Position numbers and translations under genes: made by a program. From Gammaproteobacteria bacterium (GTDB lineage: Bacteria; Pseudomonadota; Gammaproteobacteria; Arenicellales; JAANXG01): a stretch of DNA of 64,000 nucleotides. Shown in pieces: positions 38,488 to 47,027 of this stretch; positions within the stretch are counted from its first letter, which is position 1, and each line of letters begins with the position of its first letter. Location of the stretch: the NCBI GenBank assembly GCA_024639325.1, contig JAHEIO010000002.1, forward strand, positions 24,132-88,131, read 5' to 3'. The notes beneath the pieces are model-generated. The model worked only from the letters and a program-made list of their open reading frames with translations, was not told the DNA's origin and did no database searches.

Positions 38488-39528
38488 TCATACCGGCCGG
38501 CTCGCCTGCCTGAGTTCGGTGTAAAGCTCATCCAGCGCGTCGCAAACATCGTCATCGCTGGTTCTGGATATCAATTCGTCATTGATGTGAAAGGATTTGT
38601 AGGTGAGGTTCATGCTGCCCAGGAATGCGCACCGGAATCGATGTTGTTGGGGACCAAGGGGCTCGACGAGCACGAACTTGCAATGCATGGGCAACAGCTC
38701 GGGATGGACGTAACGAAACGCACGAATACCGCTGTCAGATAGTTTGTTTACCGTCTTTTGCGGAAATCTCCGCTCACTGTCGTGGCCGATGACTTCGATA
38801 TGGCTTCCCGAGGCAGCGAGTCGCCGCAACAGGTTCAAGGCCCCTGCATCAGAGATATGGGACACCGCAACTCTGATTTTCAGTTCATTTCCGGGTATGA
38901 GCCCGCGGCGCAGGTAGTCGATCAACAGGTTATCGCGTCGCGAGGGAAGGAACTGCAGGTCGATGTTCCCAAAACTTTCCGGCGGTGATGAAAACCGCCG
39001 TCGGGGGTGGCTGAACAGGGTGGCGAGGTGCTGGCGAACATAGCGGTAGAGGAGAGCGTTTCCGTAAATCCGCAGTAGCAGATTGTATCCCGAATCCTGG
39101 TCGCCTATGACATCGAATACTTGCTGTTCGGCGACGTCGTTTCCGGAAGGATTGTAGGTGCCAAACAGGCATATATTGGATCGGCTTCCGGCCTTGGATG
39201 CCAGAAACAGCTTTAAATGCATCCGACGTTTGAGCAGGTTTGCAGGATGGCGAAAGGCCAGGGTCGACGAATCGAAGCCATGATCCTTCAGAAATTTCTC
39301 TGCTGCCAGGTTGCCGGGTTTATAGTAGGTGTTTCCGGACAGCAGCAGTTTCACTTTTACGCCCCGTCCATGTGCCTCGACCAGTGCCTTACAGAACCTC
39401 ATATTGCGCAGGTAGTAGGTTGCAATGAAAATTTCTTCACCTGAGGGTACGGAGTGGATCAGTTTCAACAGTGACTCGAGCAGTAGTGAGGGCGTGGTGG
39501 GGCGATTGACGAGCAGTGCGATGTCCAC
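38488..39528 (-). CDS. Phospholipase D superfamily protein (two HKD-like motifs)
   Basis: 346 aa with MHLKLFL...GTYNPS and MHCKFVLVE...GSMNLT, i.e. two HxK...G(S/T)xN motifs. The acidic position is non-canonical in the first motif. Confidence 0.7.
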   Translation of the reverse strand: MDIALLVNRPTTPSLLLESLLKLIHSVPSGEEIFIATYYLRNMRFCKALVEAHGRGVKVKLLLSGNTYYKPGNLAAEKFLKDHGFDSSTLAFRHPANLLKRRMHLKLFLASKAGSRSNICLFGTYNPSGNDVAEQQVFDVIGDQDSGYNLLLRIYGNALLYRYVRQHLATLFSHPRRRFSSPPESFGNIDLQFLPSRRDNLLIDYLRRGLIPGNELKIRVAVSHISDAGALNLLRRLAASGSHIEVIGHDSERRFPQKTVNKLSDSGIRAFRYVHPELLPMHCKFVLVEPLGPQQHRFRCAFLGSMNLTYKSFHINDELISRTSDDDVCDALDELYTELRQASRPV

Positions 39529-39597
39529 TGGTGCTGTATGCGGATTAGTCCAATTAGTACCACGCTCGGTACAGGGGTAGGCTACGCAATATGCGGT

Positions 39598-40629
39598 CTA
39601 CACGCCGGCAGGCGGGACCACCGGAAGTCCGGGATCGTTGGTGTCTTGTTTTCGCCAGCCATCGAGAGCGCTCATCTGGTGTACGCAACTCAGCGTGCAG
39701 TATGGCGCGCATTCTTTTCGGGTGTCGAACTCCCTCTCGATATCCCGTTGCGTGTACTGAGTTATCGGTATGCCCGGATAACCCCGGCGTTGGGAACACA
39801 GGTGCACGTTGCCATCTTCACAAATATACAGATACCTGGACCCGGCCCGGCACTTCCAGGAGTTTGGCTTTCCGCGCATCAGATTCTTTTGAAACAGCTT
39901 GTAGTTGACACTGTGTGATATGGAGTGAGAGAGCCCGGTGACTCGTTTGTACGTGTCGAACTGCAGCTCGCTGAAAGGTTTTATCTTCCCGGTATCGTCG
40001 TGTAGTACGCCCACGCTGTGGAAAAAACCGTACTTCCGAGCCGTTTTTGCGACGGCGAATGCATCTTCGGTTCTTTCGTCGCTTATGCCAAGAACGGAGT
40101 TGACATTGACTTTGAACTTGGCGTGCATCGACAGCAACTCTAGTTTGCTTTCGATGGCGTTGAGGCTTTTTTGGGAGACGTCATCCGGCTCCAGGTTGTC
40201 AATGCTGATCTGCATCTCCTGGAGGCCACAGTCATTCAATTCGCGGATACGTCTTTCGTTCAACCGGTACCCATTGGTGATCATGGTCGCGATCATGCCC
40301 TTGCCTCTTATCAGGCGGATGACCCTGGTCAGGTGGGGATTCATGAGGGGTTCTCCCCCGGTGCATGTAATCGCCGCCGTGTTGAGTCTGTAGAGTGCTT
40401 CCACCCGTTCCGCCAGTAGTTCGGCCGGTACCGGGGGCGAAAAATCATCGTATTCGTTGCAATATCCGCAGCTCAGATTGCATCTGCGAGTGACCACCAT
40501 CTGCGCGAGCAGCGGATTGTAGCGCGAGGACAATGCTTTCCATAAAAAACGCCCGATACCCGGGCCCATGCCGTTTCCGATTGATTCGTACGTCATTGAC
40601 ATGTTTGAATTGCGCTGTTTAGCCCCCAT
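39598..40629 (-). CDS. Radical SAM enzyme with C-terminal Cys-rich (SPASM-like) region
   Basis: 343 aa with the CNLSCGYC (CxxxCxxC) cluster motif, the GGEP SAM motif, and a C-terminal WKCRAG...YICEDGNVHLC...CAPYCTLSC region. The start is uncertain among N-terminal Mets. Confidence 0.75.
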   Translation of the reverse strand: MGAKQRNSNMSMTYESIGNGMGPGIGRFLWKALSSRYNPLLAQMVVTRRCNLSCGYCNEYDDFSPPVPAELLAERVEALYRLNTAAITCTGGEPLMNPHLTRVIRLIRGKGMIATMITNGYRLNERRIRELNDCGLQEMQISIDNLEPDDVSQKSLNAIESKLELLSMHAKFKVNVNSVLGISDERTEDAFAVAKTARKYGFFHSVGVLHDDTGKIKPFSELQFDTYKRVTGLSHSISHSVNYKLFQKNLMRGKPNSWKCRAGSRYLYICEDGNVHLCSQRRGYPGIPITQYTQRDIEREFDTRKECAPYCTLSCVHQMSALDGWRKQDTNDPGLPVVPPAGV

Positions 40630-40750
40630 TTATCGAATGAGTAGCGGTTTGACTTATATGCGGCTTCCGTTACCGAAACGCTCGATGTGAGTCGTTTCGG
40701 ATGTGGGGACGCAATATTACCTCATCTGGTCATCGGTTTGATGCATTGTT

Positions 40751-41416
40751 TTGAATAAGCGATTTATTGTTCGCTGCGCGCTGGTTGCGTTGCTGGCGGG
40801 AGACGGGCCGTTCGCCGTTGCCGAGGACCTTTGCGGTGAAATTCCTCCCGCGGCATTCAAGTCGCTGGAAGGCACGGCGTTCGAAAAGGTCAGGATCCAG
40901 GCGGATGAGATAGAATTTCCCGGCCGTAATGTCGTTATCCTGCGCGGTTACACCCAGTTGTTCAGGGGTGGACACCGGGTCAACTCGGATGCACTGGTTT
41001 ACTACAAGGCTAGGAACACGGTGGAGGCGAGGGGCTCCGTTACACTGCAGACCCGGAAAGGGGACGTCGTGAAGACGGACGTTCTGGCCTACGACATAAA
41101 AACCGGCATGGCCGTATCCGGCCCGGCGGAGTTTTCGATAGCAAACCGCCGGAGCGAGGTTCTTGGTTCGGCGGATAGTACCGTCAATGCCTTTGGAACA
41201 GCGGCGCGGGTCATGTTCGAGTCCGCCGATATCATGCTGCTGGAGGAAGCGGATGTTACGAGTTGTCTCGACGGTGAAAAAGACATTACTTTCCATGCCG
41301 TAAAGCTGCGGGTCGATCTAAACGAAGGCGTGCGCACCGGGACCCGTGTGAAGATCAGGATCGAAAATCCCGGTAAACACCGAAAACTGAGTGAACTCCA
41401 GAGGCTTATAGAGTGA
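40751..41416 (+). CDS. LptD N-terminal (OstA/beta-jellyroll) domain protein; truncated relative to full-length LptD
   Basis: 221 aa with a signal peptide. ...VRIQADEIEF..NVVILRGYTQLFRGGHRVNSDALVYY...EARGSV... and DVTSCLDGEKDITFHAVKLRVDLNEGV..TRVKI parallel E. coli LptD residues up to ...[26 protein letters not shown]..ARFKV. The ORF then stops where the LptD beta-barrel would begin. Confidence 0.65.
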   Translation: MNKRFIVRCALVALLAGDGPFAVAEDLCGEIPPAAFKSLEGTAFEKVRIQADEIEFPGRNVVILRGYTQLFRGGHRVNSDALVYYKARNTVEARGSVTLQTRKGDVVKTDVLAYDIKTGMAVSGPAEFSIANRRSEVLGSADSTVNAFGTAARVMFESADIMLLEEADVTSCLDGEKDITFHAVKLRVDLNEGVRTGTRVKIRIENPGKHRKLSELQRLIE

Positions 41417-41467
41417 GTAATATCTCGCGCAGGCACACCGCCTCAGCGAGATCCGGTCAGCGTTCGC

Positions 41468-42298
41468 TCAGGTCGCAGTTCGATCTGCCGTTCCGTCGGC
41501 ATAGTTCAACAAGGCATCCCGAAGATTTCTGTTGGTGCGACGTTGAGTTCTTCGCAACCAGATCAGCAGGCCGTTCAGCAGTATTATCTCGTAGAGAAAA
41601 AAAAGAATCGGTATTTTCGCCATACAGGATAGCGACAAGGCGATTGTCCTTTTATTGGAGCTCAACAATGTCCACAGACGGACGCTGCGCAGTGAGTGCG
41701 CCTGGTATGTTTTGCCGAATGTCCCCCGATCCGGGTGGCCACGCAGTTCTCTTTCGGCACTGATCAACTCATTGTCCGGCTCGGAAACCAGGTGCTGCAA
41801 TCTGACATACACACAATGACCCGCACGGAGCAGCGTGGCAGCGACCCCTGATCTGAAATCCAGTTCTATCGGATCTAGTGTTTGTGAGCATTTTCCGGTG
41901 TTACCATGCACCCAGCAGTCGTAATTATCCCGGTGAAATTCCAGGGCACCGGCCTGCAGTGCATGGCTCAGGCCCGCTGCAATTGCCAACAACCATATCG
42001 ACGTCCCGTATTGGGGTTGAAGCGCCAGAGCCAGGGCAACATAGACCATGCCGAAGCCCAGGTGGTCGCACAGGCCGTCGATAACTTTTCCAAACTCCGA
42101 TGTCGTTCCGGTCAATCGCGCCAGTTGCCCATCTGCGCCGTCGAGGACGTGCCACCCCGTCATGAAGACCAATCCCAGCATGGACATCGTGATGCTCTGG
42201 TAGTTATAGAAGCACCATGAAGCGATTAGTGCACTTGCCATGCCGAGTAGCGAAACAGTGTTCGGACTCCAGCCCCATAGCGCAAAAAGGCGGGTCAA
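41468..42298 (-). CDS. CDP-alcohol phosphatidyltransferase (stand-alone)
   Basis: 276 aa with the signature DGADGQLARLTGTTSEFGKVIDGLCD and multiple TM segments. Confidence 0.8.
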   Translation of the reverse strand: MTRLFALWGWSPNTVSLLGMASALIASWCFYNYQSITMSMLGLVFMTGWHVLDGADGQLARLTGTTSEFGKVIDGLCDHLGFGMVYVALALALQPQYGTSIWLLAIAAGLSHALQAGALEFHRDNYDCWVHGNTGKCSQTLDPIELDFRSGVAATLLRAGHCVYVRLQHLVSEPDNELISAERELRGHPDRGTFGKTYQAHSLRSVRLWTLLSSNKRTIALSLSCMAKIPILFFLYEIILLNGLLIWLRRTQRRTNRNLRDALLNYADGTADRTAT

Positions 42299-42442
42299 CG
42301 CGGCACTGGCGGGATGAATGAGATAGAGGTTGGAATATTCTTCTATCTCTCTTGTGCGCCAGTTTGACCGGATTTTGGATTCTTTGATTGCGTCGACCCT
42401 GTCTAATGAGTGTTGATTCGCTCCGCCGGGTTTGATGCTGGA

Positions 42443-43630
42443 TCAATCGGCAGGTTGGTGTTTGCTGTCTTTGGGTTGCAGTACATACAGCCGCCCGGTC
42501 TGTTTCATCAATCCAGCCATGCGTTCCGCTCTTTCTCCCCGTCCCCAGAAAACGTCGGCACGTATGTGTCCCTTTATCGCTCCACCCGTGTCTTGGGCCA
42601 GCATGACTCGCCGGTAGGGTTCCTTGCTATGCGGGAAAGTAGTTTCCAGCCAGATAGGTGTTCCCAGAGTTATGACGCCGGGATCCACCGCGATGCTGCG
42701 TTCCGCAACCAGCGGCACGTTCAGGGAACCATAGGGACCAACCTCTGGGGTGATTCGTTCCGAAAAAAACACGTAGCTCGGATTGCGCCGAAACAGAGCA
42801 TCGACCCGTGACGGATTGTTGCGCAACCATTCACGTATACTGAACAGATTTACATCATCCTCGTGCAACTCGTCCAGCGCAATCAACTCCCTTCCGATCG
42901 ATTGGTAGGGGTGGCCGTTCTGGTCCGCATAACCCACGCCTAGTACGGTGCCATCGGGCAGCATCACCCGGCCGGAGCCCTGGATATGGAGGAAGAACAA
43001 GGCGATCGGATCATCTACCCACACCAGTTCATTGCCCTTGAGAAGATCCGGGTTTTCGTCCAGAGACGAGCGGCTGTAATAAGGAACGACTTTGTTTCCA
43101 CTGAGTCGCCCTCGCAGACGCTTGCCCTCGAGTTCCGGATAAAGATCCGACAGCTCGACGGTGATGAGGTCGCGCGGACGCTTGTATATCGGGTAGCGAT
43201 AGCGCCCGTTTCGCTGCAGGCTGCCTGAAAGCAGCGGCTCATAGTAGCCGGTGATGAGCCCGGAGCGTTTACCGCCGACGCCGTAAAGTGCGTGCGGAAC
43301 GAACCATTGTTCGTAGAAGGTGCGAGCCTGTAGGTCCGTCGGATTCGACAATTCGACTGCGGCATGGCACAGGGCGAACCATTGGGACTCATTATTGAGT
43401 TTCGAACAGCTCCTCAGCAGGGCGCCCCAGGATTCGGCATGCCGGTCGTCTTTCCAGCCGTCGAGCTGCGACCACTTTACGGCTTCCCCGATCCCGGGGT
43501 CGGGAGTGGTCGTGCACCCCCAGAGAAGTGCTGCGCAACAGAAAAGATAAACGGATCTTTGCAGAGGCATAAGAGATTGGAATGATGTCGGGACCATGGG
43601 ATAGTATACATAAAACGTAACTGTCCTCAT
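42443..43630 (-). CDS. mltA: Membrane-bound lytic murein transglycosylase A
   Basis: About 375-395 aa with a lipoprotein-like signal ...LFCCAALLWGCTT. MltA-specific and 3D-domain blocks are present (GYYEP, RYPIY, IDFFWG-like RADVFWGRG). The start is uncertain (43630, 43597 or 43570). Confidence 0.85.
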   Translation of the reverse strand: MRTVTFYVYYPMVPTSFQSLMPLQRSVYLFCCAALLWGCTTTPDPGIGEAVKWSQLDGWKDDRHAESWGALLRSCSKLNNESQWFALCHAAVELSNPTDLQARTFYEQWFVPHALYGVGGKRSGLITGYYEPLLSGSLQRNGRYRYPIYKRPRDLITVELSDLYPELEGKRLRGRLSGNKVVPYYSRSSLDENPDLLKGNELVWVDDPIALFFLHIQGSGRVMLPDGTVLGVGYADQNGHPYQSIGRELIALDELHEDDVNLFSIREWLRNNPSRVDALFRRNPSYVFFSERITPEVGPYGSLNVPLVAERSIAVDPGVITLGTPIWLETTFPHSKEPYRRVMLAQDTGGAIKGHIRADVFWGRGERAERMAGLMKQTGRLYVLQPKDSKHQPAD

Positions 43631-43642
43631 GAGGAGTGCGCA

Positions 43643-44488
43643 TTGAAATTTGAAGGTACGGATCGGTACGTCGCCACTGCGGATCTGATGATGGCTGTAA
43701 ACGCAGCCGTGGTTCTGCAGCGTCCGCTATTGGTAAAAGGAGAACCGGGCACCGGTAAGACCCAATTGGCAATCGAGGTGGCGCGGGCGCTGCAAAGACC
43801 GCTGATAGAGTGGCATATCAAATCGACTACGAGGGCGCAGCAGGGATTGTACGAGTACGACGCGGTGGCAAGGCTGCGGGATTCCCAGCTCGGCGAAGAG
43901 CGTGTGCACGATATCTCGAACTACATAAAAAAAGGCAAACTATGGCGGGCTTTCGAAAGTGAGGAACAGCCGGTATTGCTGATCGATGAGATCGACAAGG
44001 CCGATATCGAGTTCCCCAATGATCTGCTGCTGGAGCTGGATCGCATGGAGTTCTTTGTGTACGAAACGAGCCAACGTGTCAAAGCCCGCAATCGACCGGT
44101 GGTGGTGATTACCAGCAACAACGAGAAGGAGCTTCCGGATGCGTTCCTGCGCCGCTGTTTTTTTCACTATATCCAGTTTCCCGACCGAACAACCATGCAG
44201 TCCATCATCGATGTCCACTACCCCGGTCTCAAAAAGGAATTGTTGAGGGAATCTCTGGAGGTGTTTTTCGACCTGCGCGAAGTGCCGGGTCTGAAAAAGA
44301 AACCTTCTACTTCCGAGCTGCTGGACTGGATCAAACTTCTCGTGGCGGAGGACATTCCCCTTGAAGCATTGCGGTCGGAGGAACCGCGTACCGTAATCCC
44401 GCCCCTGTACGGCGCACTGCTGAAGAACGAGCAGGATGTCCACCTGTTCGAACGGCTGGTTTTCCTGAATCGGCGCGATGCTCGTTGA
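43643..44488 (+). CDS. MoxR-family AAA+ ATPase
   Basis: 281 aa with Walker A LVKGEPGTGKTQLA and Walker B VLLIDEIDKA. TTG start is preceded by a GAGGAG Shine-Dalgarno site at 43631-43636. Confidence 0.85.
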   Translation: MKFEGTDRYVATADLMMAVNAAVVLQRPLLVKGEPGTGKTQLAIEVARALQRPLIEWHIKSTTRAQQGLYEYDAVARLRDSQLGEERVHDISNYIKKGKLWRAFESEEQPVLLIDEIDKADIEFPNDLLLELDRMEFFVYETSQRVKARNRPVVVITSNNEKELPDAFLRRCFFHYIQFPDRTTMQSIIDVHYPGLKKELLRESLEVFFDLREVPGLKKKPSTSELLDWIKLLVAEDIPLEALRSEEPRTVIPPLYGALLKNEQDVHLFERLVFLNRRDAR

Positions 44489-45716
44489 GTTCTTCGAAAA
44501 ACTTCGCTGCGCGCGCATTCCGGTGTCCGTTACCGAGTTTCTGACTCTGTTGCGGGCACTGCGGAAACGTGTGTGCGGATTCGATGTCGAGGAGTTTTAT
44601 TTCCTGGCCAGGGCAACGCTGGTCAAGGACGAACGCCACTTCGATCGGTTCGACGTCGTATTCGGGGCACACTTCAAGGGTTCTGGAGAATTATTCGATC
44701 GAATTGTCGGCGAACTGCCGGAAGAGTGGCTGCGCAAACAGGCCGAACTTCTGCTGAACGAAAGCGAGAAACGGGACATCGAGGCCCTGGGCGGATGGGA
44801 CAGGCTCATGGAAACGCTGCGTCAACGTCTGCAGGAGCAGGAAAAGCGCCACCAGGGCGGCAGGAAATGGATCGGGACCGCCGGTACCTCGGCTTTCGGT
44901 GCGTACGGATTCAATCCCGAGGGCGTTCGCATTGGACAGGATAGATCCCGCAATCGGCGAGCGATAAAGGCATGGGATCGCCGGGAGTTCAGGAACCTGG
45001 ACGATGATCTGACTCTGGGCACCAGGAATTTGCAGATTGCGCTGCGGAAATTGCGTAAGTTCGCAAGAGAGGGTGCGGAAGAAGAACTGGATCTCGACGA
45101 CACGATTCGATCCACGGCGCGCAATGCCGGATTTCTGGACATAAAGCTCGTTCCGGAGCGCCGCAACGCGGCCAAGATATTGTTGTTCCTCGATGTCGGT
45201 GGATCCATGTATCCCTATGTCAAGGGCTGCGAAGAGCTGTTTTCCGCGGCACGCAGCGAATTCAAGCACCTGGAGTATTTCTATTTCCATAATTTTTTCT
45301 ATGATCATGTCTGGCGTGACAATCGGCGCCGCCATAGCGAAAAACTGCCCCTCCTCGATGTGCTCAGAACTTACGGCAAGGATTACAAGGTGATCATAGT
45401 CGGTGATGCAACCATGAGCCCCTACGAGATCACCGTGCCGGGCGGCAGCGTCGAATACTGGAACGAGGAACCGGGCGAGGTGTGGATGAAGCGACTGCTG
45501 GCCGCCTACTCGAGGGTGGCCTGGCTCAATCCGGTCCCGGTGAACCACTGGCCCCATACGATGTCCCTGCAGCGGATCAATGAGATGCTTGAAGGCCGGA
45601 TGTTTCCTTTATCGGTAGACGGTCTGGAACGCTGCATTCAGAGCCTGAAGGGTCAGCGGATAAGCAGCGATACTGTTGATCCGGCGGAAATCAGCGGCAA
45701 TTCGTACAGGCAATGA
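44478..45716 (+). CDS. VWA-domain (CoxE-like) partner of the MoxR ATPase
   Basis: 412 aa with the C-terminal VWA/MIDAS-like ILLFLDVGGSMYPY...VIIVGDATM. It overlaps the MoxR stop by 11 nt. Confidence 0.7.
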   Translation: MLVEFFEKLRCARIPVSVTEFLTLLRALRKRVCGFDVEEFYFLARATLVKDERHFDRFDVVFGAHFKGSGELFDRIVGELPEEWLRKQAELLLNESEKRDIEALGGWDRLMETLRQRLQEQEKRHQGGRKWIGTAGTSAFGAYGFNPEGVRIGQDRSRNRRAIKAWDRREFRNLDDDLTLGTRNLQIALRKLRKFAREGAEEELDLDDTIRSTARNAGFLDIKLVPERRNAAKILLFLDVGGSMYPYVKGCEELFSAARSEFKHLEYFYFHNFFYDHVWRDNRRRHSEKLPLLDVLRTYGKDYKVIIVGDATMSPYEITVPGGSVEYWNEEPGEVWMKRLLAAYSRVAWLNPVPVNHWPHTMSLQRINEMLEGRMFPLSVDGLERCIQSLKGQRISSDTVDPAEISGNSYRQ

Positions 45717-45860
45717 CACGTGATTCGGGATCGGCATCCTGTCTTTCTTGGCAAGGGATGAAGAGCTGTCCGACGGTGGGGCATACATCAACGGTCGAAA
45801 TATCAGGGTCGACGGAGGTATAAGCCGGTTGATGTAAAGCGAACCGGATGTGTTGGCCAG

Positions 45861-46988
45861 TTAATAAAACAGGACTTCGAGATTTGCGATTTGTTCGTCG
45901 TGTGCACATGATGCCCTCAGCTTTTCGGCGGTATCCTTGGCCTGCTCCAATGATTCGAACTCGCTCAAAGCAACCCAGGCTTCGATCTGAATTCGGCCGT
46001 CGATGTAGTGCAGGACGATTCGCTCGATGCTGTCCGCGCCATGAATATCCTGCCAGGACTCCCGCAGCTGCGCCGTAATTTCCGATCGCAAAGGCAGGTG
46101 CGACGATCTTTGATACGCGGCATCGTCCTCCGAATCGACATGAATAGTTATATCCGTGATGTTCTCGAATCCGCTTTTGAGGCTGTAAAACACGGCGTCG
46201 CCGATCCGATGGCCTTCGGAAACACTGATTTTCGAGTCGACCAGTACATGGCCATCCACGAACACGTCAGATCCCATTCGCCTTGTTCTCAAATCGTGGA
46301 TATCGGTGACACCCTCTATTTTTTTGGCTGCTTCGCGGATTGCAGCCAGCTGCTCCGCATCAACGCCGGTGTCGATTAGTTCGCGAACGCCCTGCCGGAT
46401 CATTCCCGCGGCAACATATACGATCATCACGGCAACCAGTACAGCCGCCGCCGCATCCAGCCAGGAAATACCGATCATGCTGCCGCCCACGCCGATTATG
46501 ACGACGATCGATGAAAGTGCATCGCTGCGGCTGTGCCAGGCGTTGCTGCGCAGGAGATCCGAACGAATGCGCTTTGCGACCCGCATCGTGTACTGGTAGA
46601 TGATTTCCTTGCTCAGAACAGACACCGAGGCGACCACCAGTGCCCAGAAAGTTGGGGTCTGAATAGGCACCCTGCTGAGAAGGTCATTGGCGGCGTCTAG
46701 AGCGATTGCTCCCGCGACAGTGACGAGCAGCAGACCGAGTACGATGGTTGCCACCGTTTCAATTCTCTGGTGGCCGTAGGGGTGATCGGCATCGGGTTCC
46801 CGGCTTGCCTGCTTGGCGGCCCAGATGACGAGCACGTCCGTGACCAGATCTGAGAGCGAGTGTACGCCGTCCGCGACGAGAGATTGTGAATAGGATAGCT
46901 TGCCGACAGCTATTTTCAGAATTCCAAGCGCGAGATCCAGCGCGCCACCGATAAGTGTAATGCGTCTGGTTTCCTTATATCGCTGCAT
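45861..46988 (-). CDS. Cation diffusion facilitator (FieF-like) metal efflux transporter with extended C-terminal domain
   Basis: 375 aa with ADGVHSLSDLVTD and DADHPYGHQRIE motifs, six TM segments and a cytoplasmic C-terminal domain plus an extra tail of about 80 aa. Confidence 0.85.
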   Translation of the reverse strand: MQRYKETRRITLIGGALDLALGILKIAVGKLSYSQSLVADGVHSLSDLVTDVLVIWAAKQASREPDADHPYGHQRIETVATIVLGLLLVTVAGAIALDAANDLLSRVPIQTPTFWALVVASVSVLSKEIIYQYTMRVAKRIRSDLLRSNAWHSRSDALSSIVVIIGVGGSMIGISWLDAAAAVLVAVMIVYVAAGMIRQGVRELIDTGVDAEQLAAIREAAKKIEGVTDIHDLRTRRMGSDVFVDGHVLVDSKISVSEGHRIGDAVFYSLKSGFENITDITIHVDSEDDAAYQRSSHLPLRSEITAQLRESWQDIHGADSIERIVLHYIDGRIQIEAWVALSEFESLEQAKDTAEKLRASCAHDEQIANLEVLFY

Positions 46989-47027
46989 ATTGGCAAAACC
47001 AGCCGGCCGCCCGATGGGGACGGGAAA

